Shown here piece by piece: positions 8,660-18,916 of a stretch of DNA of 64,000 nt. This DNA comes from a virus. Under the pieces are notes generated by a model. That model made no database searches and was not told where the DNA came from. It saw only the letters and a list, made by a program, of their open reading frames with translations. The DNA is taken from the IMG/VR virus record IMGVR_UViG_3300005541_000007, positions 1 through 64,000 of that record. One strand, given 5' to 3'. A program made the position numbers and the translations under genes. Position 1 is the first letter of the stretch. Every line of letters starts with the position of its first letter.

Positions 8660-9365
8660 TTACCTCTTCTAGTTCCCACATTAAATTCATTCTTGCTATC
8701 GTATCTTCTTGTTGCATAAAGATTGAATCTCTTGCTAAGAAAGATTTTAACCAATTTTTCCTTCCTTCAATAAATTTTTTAATATCTGCTTTATCTCCAT
8801 AAGCATTACAATATTCCATGTAATTATACCCCATATACTGTTCATACCATTCTACAGGTTCTCCTAGTATAGATAAATCTGCATCAATTAAAATATCTCC
8901 CATAGGAACATTCTTAGGGTTTGAGTGATCTACAGTAAGCATCACTAATTCTTGAATTCGTTGAATAAAGAATTCTGATCCTAATACTGTTCCTAGTAAT
9001 GATTTTACAAAGTTACTAGAAGCTTTTTCATTTTGTCCTTTCTTGTTCTTATAGTCATATACGTAATCATGCATACAAACTGCAATGGTTAAAAGTGCTT
9101 GATCTTTATCACTATAAAACTTCGATTCAAAATATCCTTGCTTTTTGTACAAATTATCTATATACATTAGCATATAATATAGGTGTGCGGGATTGTGATA
9201 AATACGTTTAGCACTCCATTGATTTGCTAGGATATTTGTAACTAATTCTTCAAATTGATTTTCCTGAGTTTCTTGCCCACAAATGCTTCGAAGTACGTAA
9301 ATTGCATCTTGCATTGCATCACAGCAATACTTAGTAATCGTAGTTAAATATTCAACTCTTTCCAC
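8643..9365 (-). CDS. HD-superfamily metal-dependent phosphohydrolase
   Basis: YHNPAH, HDYVY and DADLSILG motifs. Confidence 0.85.
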   Translation of the reverse strand: MERVEYLTTITKYCCDAMQDAIYVLRSICGQETQENQFEELVTNILANQWSAKRIYHNPAHLYYMLMYIDNLYKKQGYFESKFYSDKDQALLTIAVCMHDYVYDYKNKKGQNEKASSNFVKSLLGTVLGSEFFIQRIQELVMLTVDHSNPKNVPMGDILIDADLSILGEPVEWYEQYMGYNYMEYCNAYGDKADIKKFIEGRKNWLKSFLARDSIFMQQEDTIARMNLMWELEEVIEANE

Positions 9366-9792
9366 TAGGTCTACCTCTCTTTACTGTCTTCGGTAAATTA
9401 TCGTTTACTATTTGAGTCAATTTCTTTACATGAGTATATGGATCGTCCAAAATATCAACGTTCGTTGTCTTTTTACTACCCACATGCATCGTTATTCCTC
9501 CACAGTCAATATCTACCTTCTTTGTCTCAATATTGATTTCAATAGGTTCAAATAATTCTAAATATGATTTAAAATCTACGTTAATATAAGTTTTCTCTGC
9601 AACCATATCTAAAAATTCTACAAACTTATTTAATCTTTCTAATCTATCTTTTAAATCTTGCCATGTAATATCAAATAAATCATGGGTAGATTCTTTTTCT
9701 AAAAATTTCTTTAACTCAAGCATATGTTTATGTGCTTGAACAGCGATTTCAATTCCATCAAATTTTGCCGAAATATTATCTAAAAACATCAA
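9352..9792 (-). CDS. Hypothetical protein (C-terminal KRGRP AT-hook-like)
   Basis: ORF with AGGAGG SD. Confidence 0.65.
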   Translation of the reverse strand: MMFLDNISAKFDGIEIAVQAHKHMLELKKFLEKESTHDLFDITWQDLKDRLERLNKFVEFLDMVAEKTYINVDFKSYLELFEPIEINIETKKVDIDCGGITMHVGSKKTTNVDILDDPYTHVKKLTQIVNDNLPKTVKRGRPSGKS

Positions 9793-9817
9793 ATTCCTCC
9801 TAAAACTTAAAAATTTA

Positions 9818-10048
9818 TTAATTTTTGTACAATTCCTTATATCCAGTGTTTATAAGTAAAATCATCCAAATCACTAAATATACCCACCAAAAAATTGGAA
9901 TCAAACATTTATCTCTAGTAGACTGCATCACCGTTCCTTGTGATTTTGCAAGTCCTGCAAAAAATAAAAGTGTAATTAGCCCAGCGGTTAAATACTCAAT
10001 TCCTACAATAATGAAATTTGTAATCATATTTATTCCTCCTACCTCCAA
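9818..10048 (-). CDS. Small two-TM membrane protein
   Basis: Two hydrophobic segments; GGAGG SD favours the internal ATG (MITNF). Confidence 0.6.
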   Translation of the reverse strand: MEVGGINMITNFIIVGIEYLTAGLITLLFFAGLAKSQGTVMQSTRDKCLIPIFWWVYLVIWMILLINTGYKELYKN

Positions 10049-10127
10049 AATGAGTCGTTTTTCTTCCGTAGTCCTAGTAGAACGACTCCAAACTACTTTT
10101 AGTCAGTGGAGGCTTCTGACACTCTCT

Positions 10128-10156
10128 ACTATACCACACTTGGAAGCGTTTGTCAA
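10128..10156 (-). promoter_or_regulatory. Sigma70-type promoter for the leftward operon
   Basis: TTGACA-17-TATAGT with extended TG. Confidence 0.75.
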
Positions 10157-10207
10157 GGGGGTAGAAGAAGTTTTTTGCGCGTCTTTGGTACTGGGTACAA
10201 TTATATT

Positions 10208-10537
10208 ATGCCAAATATAACAAATCCAACTGCAATTGCTTTTTGTGATCAAAAAGTTCGTCCTATGGCGGACTTAATGCTTCAAGAGTATAATACAGCA
10301 AAATCTATTGTAAATTATTGGAATGCAAATAGTATGTCTTCAATTATCACAAATGATAGTTCAATAATCGAAGATTCTGCTGCAACCAATGGTGATGGTC
10401 GTCAAGTTATAACTGGAGCAATGGTAACAAATATCATTACTAGAGCAATAGAAAAGATTACCGACTACGAAGCAAGTTCAGATGCCAAACTAAATACAGT
10501 AGAACAGGTTTCGGTAAACGGTCAAGCGCGTTTCTAA
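10208..10537 (+). CDS. Hypothetical protein, probably virion-associated
   Basis: Start reassigned to ATG 10208 (TACAAT 6 nt upstream); first gene of the fibre/spike cluster. Confidence 0.65.
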   Translation: MPNITNPTAIAFCDQKVRPMADLMLQEYNTAKSIVNYWNANSMSSIITNDSSIIEDSAATNGDGRQVITGAMVTNIITRAIEKITDYEASSDAKLNTVEQVSVNGQARF

Positions 10538-11845
10538 ATGGCGATTCCGAGTGATACTATATGGGAGGTGCAGACCGGTGGAGTTGATACCAACGGTGGA
10601 GCTTGGGCTAACTCACAAAAGGGTGCAACCGGCACAGATCACTCACAATCGGCGCACACTGTATTTACTGTTACTACAAACGGCACAACAACGGTAACCG
10701 CTACAGTCGGATCATTTGACAATACGATGTTAGGTAATGGCATCAATATTGCATCAGATAATATTTATATTATCACGGCCTACACCAATTCAACTACTAT
10801 AACAGTTGATCGCAATACGGCCAATGGCGGTGCCGGAATTTCAGCAGTTGTGGGTGGACCATTTGCCACACCTGGATATGTTGCTGGTTTTATGGTTGCA
10901 GGTAATCGTATGTGGGTAAAAACAGGAACTTATACGACTACCACAACTACAGTAAATATCTCGGGAGGTCCAATAAGCATTTCACAGGCAGGATGCGCGA
11001 TTACTGGATATTCATCAAGCCGAGGAGATAATAGTCAGGCAACCGTTAAGTGTGGGGCTGCTCTTGGGGCCGCGCTCTTTGCAGGGGGCGGTAATATGAA
11101 TATCGAGAACATGATTGCCGATGGGAACAGCGTTACAAATTCAAAAGGCTTTAATAATGGCGGCCATTGCTATAACTGCACGGCCAAAAACACTTATTAC
11201 GAAGGCTTCCCTAGTCCCGCACTATGTTTCGGGTGTGCCGCTATAAATTGCGGAAGCGCAGGCGATTTTGGATTCACCGGAAACACATGCATAAATTGCT
11301 ATGCAACCGGAAATAGCGGAGGCGGCTTTGGAGATGCCTATTGTTGGTTTTGTGTAGCCTACAATAATACTGGTGTAGGCTTTTCCCTTGCTTATGATGG
11401 AATAGCGTCTAATTGTTCTTCTGTGTCCAATTCATCTCATGGGTTCGCCCTGTCCAGTGCTACCAGATCACAAAGGCTTGACAACTGCATTGCAGTCAGC
11501 AATGGGGGATACGGTGTTTCGGCAGGAACTGCGAATTGGGCGGCCATATCAATCAACAACACAGCATTTTATGGCAACACATCTGGTGCCACTCAGAACA
11601 TCCTCTACAATAATAATCCAATTACACTCACGGCATCCCCATTTAATAATCCGTCTGGTGGAGATTTTGGATTGAATAATACCGCTAATGCAGGCGCAGC
11701 GTGTAGAAATATTAGTGTTCCTGGAACATGGTTAGGACCATCTTCCACAACAAGTTATCTTGATATTGGGGCAATTAGACACCAAGACCCTTCGGGTGGG
11801 GGCGGACTACTTATTAATCCGGGTTTATTGGGAGGACTTAATTAA
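10538..11845 (+). CDS. Right-handed beta-helix (pectin-lyase-like) tailspike-type protein
   Basis: GGPFAT..A..MVAGNRMWVKTGTY cap, then repeated CxNCxAxxNxxxGF turns and a C-terminal PF.N..GGDF.L...DIGA. Confidence 0.75.
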   Translation: MAIPSDTIWEVQTGGVDTNGGAWANSQKGATGTDHSQSAHTVFTVTTNGTTTVTATVGSFDNTMLGNGINIASDNIYIITAYTNSTTITVDRNTANGGAGISAVVGGPFATPGYVAGFMVAGNRMWVKTGTYTTTTTTVNISGGPISISQAGCAITGYSSSRGDNSQATVKCGAALGAALFAGGGNMNIENMIADGNSVTNSKGFNNGGHCYNCTAKNTYYEGFPSPALCFGCAAINCGSAGDFGFTGNTCINCYATGNSGGGFGDAYCWFCVAYNNTGVGFSLAYDGIASNCSSVSNSSHGFALSSATRSQRLDNCIAVSNGGYGVSAGTANWAAISINNTAFYGNTSGATQNILYNNNPITLTASPFNNPSGGDFGLNNTANAGAACRNISVPGTWLGPSSTTSYLDIGAIRHQDPSGGGGLLINPGLLGGLN

Positions 11846-14545
11846 ATGCAAATTAAAACACAAGGATCAACTAGTCAAAGTATTTATGTTCGTATACTAG
11901 ATTCTACTTCTACTACAGGTGGAGGTAAAACCGGACTTGTTTATAATACTGCCAGTCTAACTTGTTATTATGTGATAAATAATCCTGGTACAGCGGGAGC
12001 AAGTGTTTCTGTGTCTTTAGCTACACAAACCACTACGGGTGCTTATTCTAGCGGCGGGTTCGTTGAAGTGGATTCTACCAACTGCCCAGGGTTATACAGA
12101 TTCGATCCGCCAAACCTTTCTTTGGCGAGTGGTGTGTCGGTCGTGTTTTACTTTAACGGCGCAACAGGAATGGTACAAACAGCGGAGGAAGTTTTACTTA
12201 CAACTTTTAATTTAAACACCGCTACTCAACCGGTGAATGTTACTCAATGGAATTCATCAAATGTTACTGCACCAAATATTGCAGGAACGCCTATCGTTGA
12301 TGTTGGTGATTGGTTAGGTCATGCTGTTACCTCTGCTACTAACGGTATTCCTGATACTAATACTAAAAATTACAATAATCAAACGGCACAAACCGATGGA
12401 AATAATCTTCCTAAAGTAGATATTGTCGATATTGCTGGTAACGCAGTTTCAGCAACTTCAGCACAACTTGGTGTTAATGTTGTTAACTGGAATAATAATG
12501 TTGTGGCTACACCTAATCTTGCTGGTGTACCGATTGTTGATCGTAGAGAATGGATTAGAACTAATACTGCTGCCGCTATTGCTGCGGGAACCATTACTCT
12601 AGATGCTTCTGCATCGGCTACTAATAACTACTATAATGGGCATACTGTATATATTCTTTCTGCTACAACTGGTGCAGGACAATCTAGACTTATTACAGGC
12701 TATGTAGGCTCTACACAAGTTGCTACAATAAACTCAAACTGGGCGGTTACCCCTACAGGAACAGTTGTATTTACAATTCTTCCTGAAGGAATGGTTGATG
12801 TAGAAACATGGTTACAAACAGATGTTACTGCTGCTACAGCGGGTATTCCAGATGTTAATACTAAAAACTGGGCAAATACTGCTGTTGTGCTTGATGCTAA
12901 TAACTTTCCTAAAGTAGATATTCAAGATATTCTTGGTGCTACAGCAGTATCAACTAATTCTGGCTATCTTGATGTAAATGTTAAATATATACTCGGAACA
13001 CTTGCTGTATCGACAAATGCAGGATATTTTGATACTAATGTTAAATATATTCTAGGAATTACTTCAGCAGGAGCAGCAGGATACTTTGGTATTGATTGGG
13101 CTAATGTACTTAATAAAACTTCTACTGTTGCACTAACAAATACTACAATTTCATCAACACAAACTATAACATCTGTTTCTGGTAGTGTGGGCAGTGTTAC
13201 AGGTGCTGTGGGTTCAGTTACAGGTAATGTAGGTGGTAATGTCACTGGTTCAGTTGGATCAATTTTAAATATTACATTTCCAACTAACTTTAACCTACTA
13301 TCAATTGATGCTAGTGGTTATGTTTCTCTTACTGCTTCACAATCACCATTAATTAGAACAGGAACAGCGCAAGCAGGTAGTGCAAATACTATTACACTTG
13401 ATGCTGGTGCTTCTGCAACTAATAATTTCTATATAGGTTCAACTGTTAGAGTTAGATCAAATACCGGTGCTTTACAAGGTGAACGAACTATTACAGGATA
13501 TGTGGGCGCAACTAAAATTGCTACTATTGACTGGAACTGGATTACTAATCCTGATTCTACTTCTGTATTTGATATTTGGTATGCTGATAATGCTGCATTA
13601 ACAAGTTCTCTAATTATGGGAGCGAATGTTACGCAATGGAACGGTAATAGCGTATTTTCAACTGTAAATGGTTATCCTGATATTAATATTGTCTATGTTA
13701 AAGGAGCAGGATCAACTGGTGCAGCAGGATTTATGGGGCTTGACTGGAGTGCCCTTACTAGTCAAGGCCATGCCCAAGCACTTACGAGCACCACAATTCA
13801 AAATACAATAAATCCTGTAACTATTGGAACAAATAATGATAAAACTGGTTATGCATTAACTAGTGGAGAACATACTAATATTGCTGGTGATGTTCTTAAT
13901 GCTACAGCGAGTGCTTATAATACAGCGGGAACTATTGGACATGATATTAATACTGCTGCTTCAGGTAGTTCGGGCATCGTGCAGGGCTATGCAGCAGGAG
14001 AAGACCCCGCTACAATAGTTCTAGGCGCTACAGCATCATCATGGAACACCGCAGGAACCATCGGACACGACATAAATGCTGCTGGTGGTGCTGCTGATCC
14101 GTGGTCTACTTCTGTAACTGGTGATGAAGTTTCAGGTACATTTGGTGGATTAGTTGCTAATCTTCCATATACTGTGGCTGAATTACTCGCCGGTAAATCT
14201 ATATATGTATCTAATCCTATAGGAAATGGATTTAACTTTGCGGTTGAAATGGGTTATGCTTATTCAACTACTTATCTAAATGCTCCAGTTTGGGCATTAA
14301 AGGGTTATCCTGATATTACAGGAGAAGCTATAACTATTGTAAACAAAGATACAGGTGCTACAATTGCAACTTGTACGATTTTGGTAAGCGGCGCTAGTAT
14401 AACGCAAACAGTTGCACTAAATTTAACCACGGCACAAACCTTAGCATTAACAATGGGAATTTACACCTATAATCTAGTTGCCACAGTAGGTTCAGATAAA
14501 GTCATTCTATCTACGGGACAATTAAATATTATAGGACCACATTAA
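11846..14545 (+). CDS. Large Thr/Gly/Asn-rich fibre-like virion protein with internal repeats
   Basis: Two copies of IRT.TA..A..TITLDA.ASATNN.Y.G..RxITGYVG.T..ATI..NW; VNVxxW and VTGxVG repeats; ASxxNTAGTIGHDIN x2. Confidence 0.7.
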   Translation: MQIKTQGSTSQSIYVRILDSTSTTGGGKTGLVYNTASLTCYYVINNPGTAGASVSVSLATQTTTGAYSSGGFVEVDSTNCPGLYRFDPPNLSLASGVSVVFYFNGATGMVQTAEEVLLTTFNLNTATQPVNVTQWNSSNVTAPNIAGTPIVDVGDWLGHAVTSATNGIPDTNTKNYNNQTAQTDGNNLPKVDIVDIAGNAVSATSAQLGVNVVNWNNNVVATPNLAGVPIVDRREWIRTNTAAAIAAGTITLDASASATNNYYNGHTVYILSATTGAGQSRLITGYVGSTQVATINSNWAVTPTGTVVFTILPEGMVDVETWLQTDVTAATAGIPDVNTKNWANTAVVLDANNFPKVDIQDILGATAVSTNSGYLDVNVKYILGTLAVSTNAGYFDTNVKYILGITSAGAAGYFGIDWANVLNKTSTVALTNTTISSTQTITSVSGSVGSVTGAVGSVTGNVGGNVTGSVGSILNITFPTNFNLLSIDASGYVSLTASQSPLIRTGTAQAGSANTITLDAGASATNNFYIGSTVRVRSNTGALQGERTITGYVGATKIATIDWNWITNPDSTSVFDIWYADNAALTSSLIMGANVTQWNGNSVFSTVNGYPDINIVYVKGAGSTGAAGFMGLDWSALTSQGHAQALTSTTIQNTINPVTIGTNNDKTGYALTSGEHTNIAGDVLNATASAYNTAGTIGHDINTAASGSSGIVQGYAAGEDPATIVLGATASSWNTAGTIGHDINAAGGAADPWSTSVTGDEVSGTFGGLVANLPYTVAELLAGKSIYVSNPIGNGFNFAVEMGYAYSTTYLNAPVWALKGYPDITGEAITIVNKDTGATIATCTILVSGASITQTVALNLTTAQTLALTMGIYTYNLVATVGSDKVILSTGQLNIIGPH

Positions 14546-14564
14546 TAAGGTATTATAAATTTAA

Positions 14565-15818
14565 ATGAGCACTAGAAATATTCAAGAATCCTCATATGAT
14601 TCAACACAATTAATGGATATTGGCGCTTTTATAGCCGCTACAGATGATTATTTACTTGCTGCCGCTACTTCTTCACAATTAATTACTGGTAATATTTATA
14701 ATATTGATGGACAGTCAATTGGAACTTATTCATACACTCTTATCTGGACTGCTTCAACTAATAATGGCTATTTAACTAATCAAACAAAATTAACTACAAT
14801 TATAGCAGGAGGAACTTATGCAACAGGGTATACTGCCGCCTCAGCTACCGGCATTGATCTTCCAAATGCTGCATTAGGCAATATTTTATTTAATCTAGGC
14901 GCTAGAACTGGCTTAAATATTACAACTATTTCACCATTATTAAATAGTATCGCTACGCTTAGTCGTGTACCGGGGAATATTTCTGCCTCTGGCGGTTCTG
15001 GAGGTGGTTCAGATGTAAATATTACACAAATTGCGGGTGTTAATGTTCCCGCTAATCTAGGACTTCCAATTTCTGATGAATATTTTGCTCCTGTTACAGC
15101 TACTTGGACTAATGCAACTGTGCAAAATACTGCTCAAACTGTTAGTACAGCGGGATGCGATACAGTTGTTTTAACTGTGGTTCCTACAGGTACAGTTACT
15201 CCAGGAGTAATCACATTTGAATGTTTTGATGGTGCTACTTGGGTACCAATTAGAATTGGACGATCTTCACAATATGCTACAGAAACTACCTATGCTTTAG
15301 GTGGTGGGCAGCAAAACTGGCAAATTAATCTTGCCGGATATACACAGTATAGAACACGTCTTTCTACTGCAATTACTGGCGGCGGTTCTGTAATTGTAAC
15401 AGCAATTGTTTCTAGTGCGCCTGATGTTGGAACTGTTACAGTTGGTATTGATACTACAACTTATGGTCAAGCGGTGAAAGCTTCTTCGCTTCCTGTAACT
15501 ATCGCAAGTGACCAAACTACTTCTACTTTTACACATACCCAACCTTCTGTTACCACCGCTACTAGTTTCACTTTACTTGCTTCTAATACTAGTCGTAAAT
15601 TCTTAGAAATTCAAAATAATAGTTCTGCTAATATTCTTATAAATCTAAATAATGGTACACTTACAGGAATTGTACCCACTTCTTCAAACTTGGGATTTGT
15701 ATTGACTCCTGGTTCTGCTTGGTATAGTCCTCCCAATGTTTGCCCTACTGCTGCAATCACAGGTTATCAAACTAGTGGTAGTACGATTAATACTATTTCA
15801 GTAATAGAGGGCACATAA
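14565..15818 (+). CDS. Putative virion fibre/decoration protein
   Basis: Thr/Gly-rich beta composition; C-terminal TLLASNTSRKFLEIQNNS domain. Confidence 0.6.
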   Translation: MSTRNIQESSYDSTQLMDIGAFIAATDDYLLAAATSSQLITGNIYNIDGQSIGTYSYTLIWTASTNNGYLTNQTKLTTIIAGGTYATGYTAASATGIDLPNAALGNILFNLGARTGLNITTISPLLNSIATLSRVPGNISASGGSGGGSDVNITQIAGVNVPANLGLPISDEYFAPVTATWTNATVQNTAQTVSTAGCDTVVLTVVPTGTVTPGVITFECFDGATWVPIRIGRSSQYATETTYALGGGQQNWQINLAGYTQYRTRLSTAITGGGSVIVTAIVSSAPDVGTVTVGIDTTTYGQAVKASSLPVTIASDQTTSTFTHTQPSVTTATSFTLLASNTSRKFLEIQNNSSANILINLNNGTLTGIVPTSSNLGFVLTPGSAWYSPPNVCPTAAITGYQTSGSTINTISVIEGT

Positions 15819-16219
15819 TGCCACTAGTAAATAGTGTGTTAAGTTCTCCGCAATGGCAAAAGTATACGGTTCCATACACTTCTTTACAAACAGCCGCATT
15901 AACTAATGCTATTACGCTTTTTACTTTACCAATAAAAGGAACTATTCACGCACTAGAAGCAAATGTAACCACCGCCTTCTCAGGAACAACTACGTGTACC
16001 TGTTCTGTGGGAATTGTGGGTAATCTTGTTAAATTTATGGCTGCAACTACTGTTTTATCTACAGGAGTGATTAATGGTGTTTCTTTATCTGTAACAGACA
16101 TTGAGAGTATGTCTGCTACTACAATTATTCAAATAAATGCAATTGCTACAGTTCAAAATCTTTCTTCACTTACACAAGGTTCAATTGATGTTTATGTACT
16201 TGTAGGACAACTAAACTAG
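15818..16219 (+). CDS. Putative small virion protein
   Basis: TAATG-coupled; Thr-rich beta-sandwich-like composition. Confidence 0.55.
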   Translation: MPLVNSVLSSPQWQKYTVPYTSLQTAALTNAITLFTLPIKGTIHALEANVTTAFSGTTTCTCSVGIVGNLVKFMAATTVLSTGVINGVSLSVTDIESMSATTIIQINAIATVQNLSSLTQGSIDVYVLVGQLN

Positions 16220-16244
16220 TCTATAAAAATGGTATACTTTTATT

Positions 16245-17126
16245 ATGTATAATTTAGGTACAGCATTAGCTGGAGCATTAGTTAATCCTCCGTGGCCTGA
16301 AACGGTTCCTCTTCCACTAGAAATAATTAAATCAAGTGGTTGTAATTTTGTATCTTTACCAATTAATCCCGCAGGAGAAGCTACTGCTGCTTTATCTGGT
16401 CCGGTGCTTTCTACAAGTAAACTAACATTACAATCAGCAGCGCAAGAAATTGTAGCAGCAAGTTTAGGATTAGTTACCATACCACACAATGATCCTCCGG
16501 GAGCTACAGATGCTATTCGTCTTGAATATTTCTTAAATTTTTCTACGGCATTATTAAGATTTACTCAAATATGTCAAGTGTTGCCTAAAGGAACAATGAT
16601 TGAACTTTGGAATGAGGCTACTTATAGTGAGGTTCAATCGGGTACCTACAATTTAACTTGGAATTCTGTAATTACGCTTTATGAAAATGCATTGCAGTTA
16701 GTTGCAATTGCCAGACAATATGGATTACTGGTTGTAATGCCCGCACCATTAGATCAATCGCCAGAACAAACTTTATTAATGCAACAAAATAATGCTTTTC
16801 CTTGGGAGCAAATGGCGGCATTAAAAGCAGATTATTTAAGTTATCACATGTATGATATTTATGGTGGATTACCGTTTCGTACACGTTTAAAGACTTGTAC
16901 TGATACAGCAGAAGAACTGGGTATTCCATTAATAATTACAGAAACCAATTTTGGTCCTGATCCTTGGAAAATTATTCAAACAGAAAAAGAATACAAAATA
17001 CAAGGAATTGCACATTCTATTTATCAATATATAATGGACCCTCCTTCAACTTCTGATTTTAGTAACACTGTTGTTCAAATAGCAATACAGTCAGCTATAA
17101 ATAATCCTATTACTACAATAAATTAA
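16245..17126 (+). CDS. Glycoside hydrolase clan A-like TIM barrel
   Basis: ELWNE (acid/base), SYHMY and IITET (nucleophile) motifs. Confidence 0.65.
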   Translation: MYNLGTALAGALVNPPWPETVPLPLEIIKSSGCNFVSLPINPAGEATAALSGPVLSTSKLTLQSAAQEIVAASLGLVTIPHNDPPGATDAIRLEYFLNFSTALLRFTQICQVLPKGTMIELWNEATYSEVQSGTYNLTWNSVITLYENALQLVAIARQYGLLVVMPAPLDQSPEQTLLMQQNNAFPWEQMAALKADYLSYHMYDIYGGLPFRTRLKTCTDTAEELGIPLIITETNFGPDPWKIIQTEKEYKIQGIAHSIYQYIMDPPSTSDFSNTVVQIAIQSAINNPITTIN

Positions 17127-17139
17127 GTATACTACATAG

Positions 17140-18876
17140 GTGCGTATTCCTTCAGCAGCACAAATAGTAATTACCGGTAATACTTCAGGAACTAATCAAT
17201 TAATTCCAGTTGAATTATTGACGATTGCCGGTGGACCCAATGTTACGCTTAATCAAAGCGGTAATTTAATATCTATTAGTGGTCCTTCTGCTGGTGGTGC
17301 TGGAATTCTTAGTGTTTATAATGTAGGACAAACTACAGGACAATCCTCTAGTTCTACAATTAATGGTACTGCTGTTTCATTAGATGGTGCTGGTGGTGTT
17401 TCTGTTGGTATGTCCGCTGGTTCTATTGTTATTTCTGGTGCTACTGGTGGCGGTGGCGGTGGAGCAATGTCTTGGTATGGTCTTGGTAATACTACTCAAA
17501 ATAGTTCCACAACCTTATCCGCAAATTCAATTTCACTTGATGGACTGGGAATTATTTCTGTTGGTTATAGTAATGGATCAATTCAAATTAGTGCTACCAC
17601 AGCACAAAGTAATCAAACTGAAGGAAATTATTTTGTAGGTAATACAACAGGGCAAAGTTCATCATCTACTATAGATGCACGTTCTGTTTCTGTTTCTGGT
17701 TTAGGCATTGTTAGTGCTGGAATGTCGGCAGGAATGATGGTTATTTCAGCTACTACAGCAGCACAATCTAATCAATCATTAGGTATTTATAATAGTTCAA
17801 ATACAACAGGGGCAACTACTTCATCAACCTATGACGCAAGAAGTTTATCATTTGTTGGTTATGGCGCAGCATCAGTAGGACAATCAAATGGATCAATACA
17901 AATATCTGTTAATGTGGGGGCACAATCAGCACAAACATTAGGTATTTACGCTAGTTCACAAACCACAGGGCAATCTTCTAGTTCTACTATAGATGCACGA
18001 TCTATGTCTATCGTAGGACAGGGAATTATAAGTGCTGGATTATCTGCTGGCGCTATTTTAATATCCGCTACTACTGCTGCACAATCTAATCAAACAGAAG
18101 GAAATTATTTCTTAGGTAATACTACAGGACAATCATCTAGTTCTACTATAGATGCTAGAAGTGTATCAGTTTCAGCACTTGGTCCTATTAGTGCAGGTAT
18201 GTCTGCTGGTGCGATGGTAATTTCTGCTCCATCTATTTACACAGCATCACAATATCATTGGCCCAATGATTTATTAGATGTAGGAAATTCCTATGCTTTT
18301 GGAAATATAGAAATAAATTATATACCTCTTCCTGTTTATGTATCTGGTACACAAGCATGTATTTATGCCTCATTATCTGCCGTAAGCACAACAGGAACAT
18401 TATCATTTAATGCATTATTTAATGCTAGTATTATGATTTATACTAGAAATGCTTCAACCTTAAGCAGTGTATCTTCTGCCAGTCAATCATTTTTAATTTC
18501 ATGGCAAAATAATTCTACATCTTCTATGGGTGGAGCAAGAGAATTTTCCTTTCCTTTAAATATTAATGCTTCTCCTGGTGACTATTGGGTTGGTATCGGA
18601 ATAAATACTTCTACTACACGAGCAGTAAATCCTATAGGTGCTAATATTTTAGTTTCTACAATAGGAGCAGGAACTATTTCTGCACAGTATAGAAATGCTT
18701 TAGCTGTTTCTGTTGGAACAGTCATTACTAGTACAAATCAAATTATACACGGTGTTGGAGAATACTCTGTTAGTACTGCTGCAATTCCTACAGCAATATC
18801 AATGACACAAATTACTGCTACAACTGCTGTAGGTTCTGCTCCGGGTAATTTCCATATTGCTCTAAAGAATTGGTAA
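17140..18876 (+). CDS. Ser/Thr/Gly-rich repeat protein (fibre-like)
   Basis: About six ~50-aa repeats of the form G[N/Q]TTGQSSSSTIDARSxSxxGxGxxSxGxSAGxxxISA, then a C-terminal globular domain. Confidence 0.75.
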   Translation: MRIPSAAQIVITGNTSGTNQLIPVELLTIAGGPNVTLNQSGNLISISGPSAGGAGILSVYNVGQTTGQSSSSTINGTAVSLDGAGGVSVGMSAGSIVISGATGGGGGGAMSWYGLGNTTQNSSTTLSANSISLDGLGIISVGYSNGSIQISATTAQSNQTEGNYFVGNTTGQSSSSTIDARSVSVSGLGIVSAGMSAGMMVISATTAAQSNQSLGIYNSSNTTGATTSSTYDARSLSFVGYGAASVGQSNGSIQISVNVGAQSAQTLGIYASSQTTGQSSSSTIDARSMSIVGQGIISAGLSAGAILISATTAAQSNQTEGNYFLGNTTGQSSSSTIDARSVSVSALGPISAGMSAGAMVISAPSIYTASQYHWPNDLLDVGNSYAFGNIEINYIPLPVYVSGTQACIYASLSAVSTTGTLSFNALFNASIMIYTRNASTLSSVSSASQSFLISWQNNSTSSMGGAREFSFPLNINASPGDYWVGIGINTSTTRAVNPIGANILVSTIGAGTISAQYRNALAVSVGTVITSTNQIIHGVGEYSVSTAAIPTAISMTQITATTAVGSAPGNFHIALKNW

Positions 18877-18879
18877 TCA

Positions 18880-18909
18880 TTGACTTTTATAGTTAGTTTA
18901 AGGTATAGT
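18880..18909 (+). promoter_or_regulatory. Sigma70-type promoter, leaderless
   Basis: TTGACT-18-TATAGT, ATG 7 nt downstream, no SD. Confidence 0.7.
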
Positions 18910-18916
18910 AATTTAT

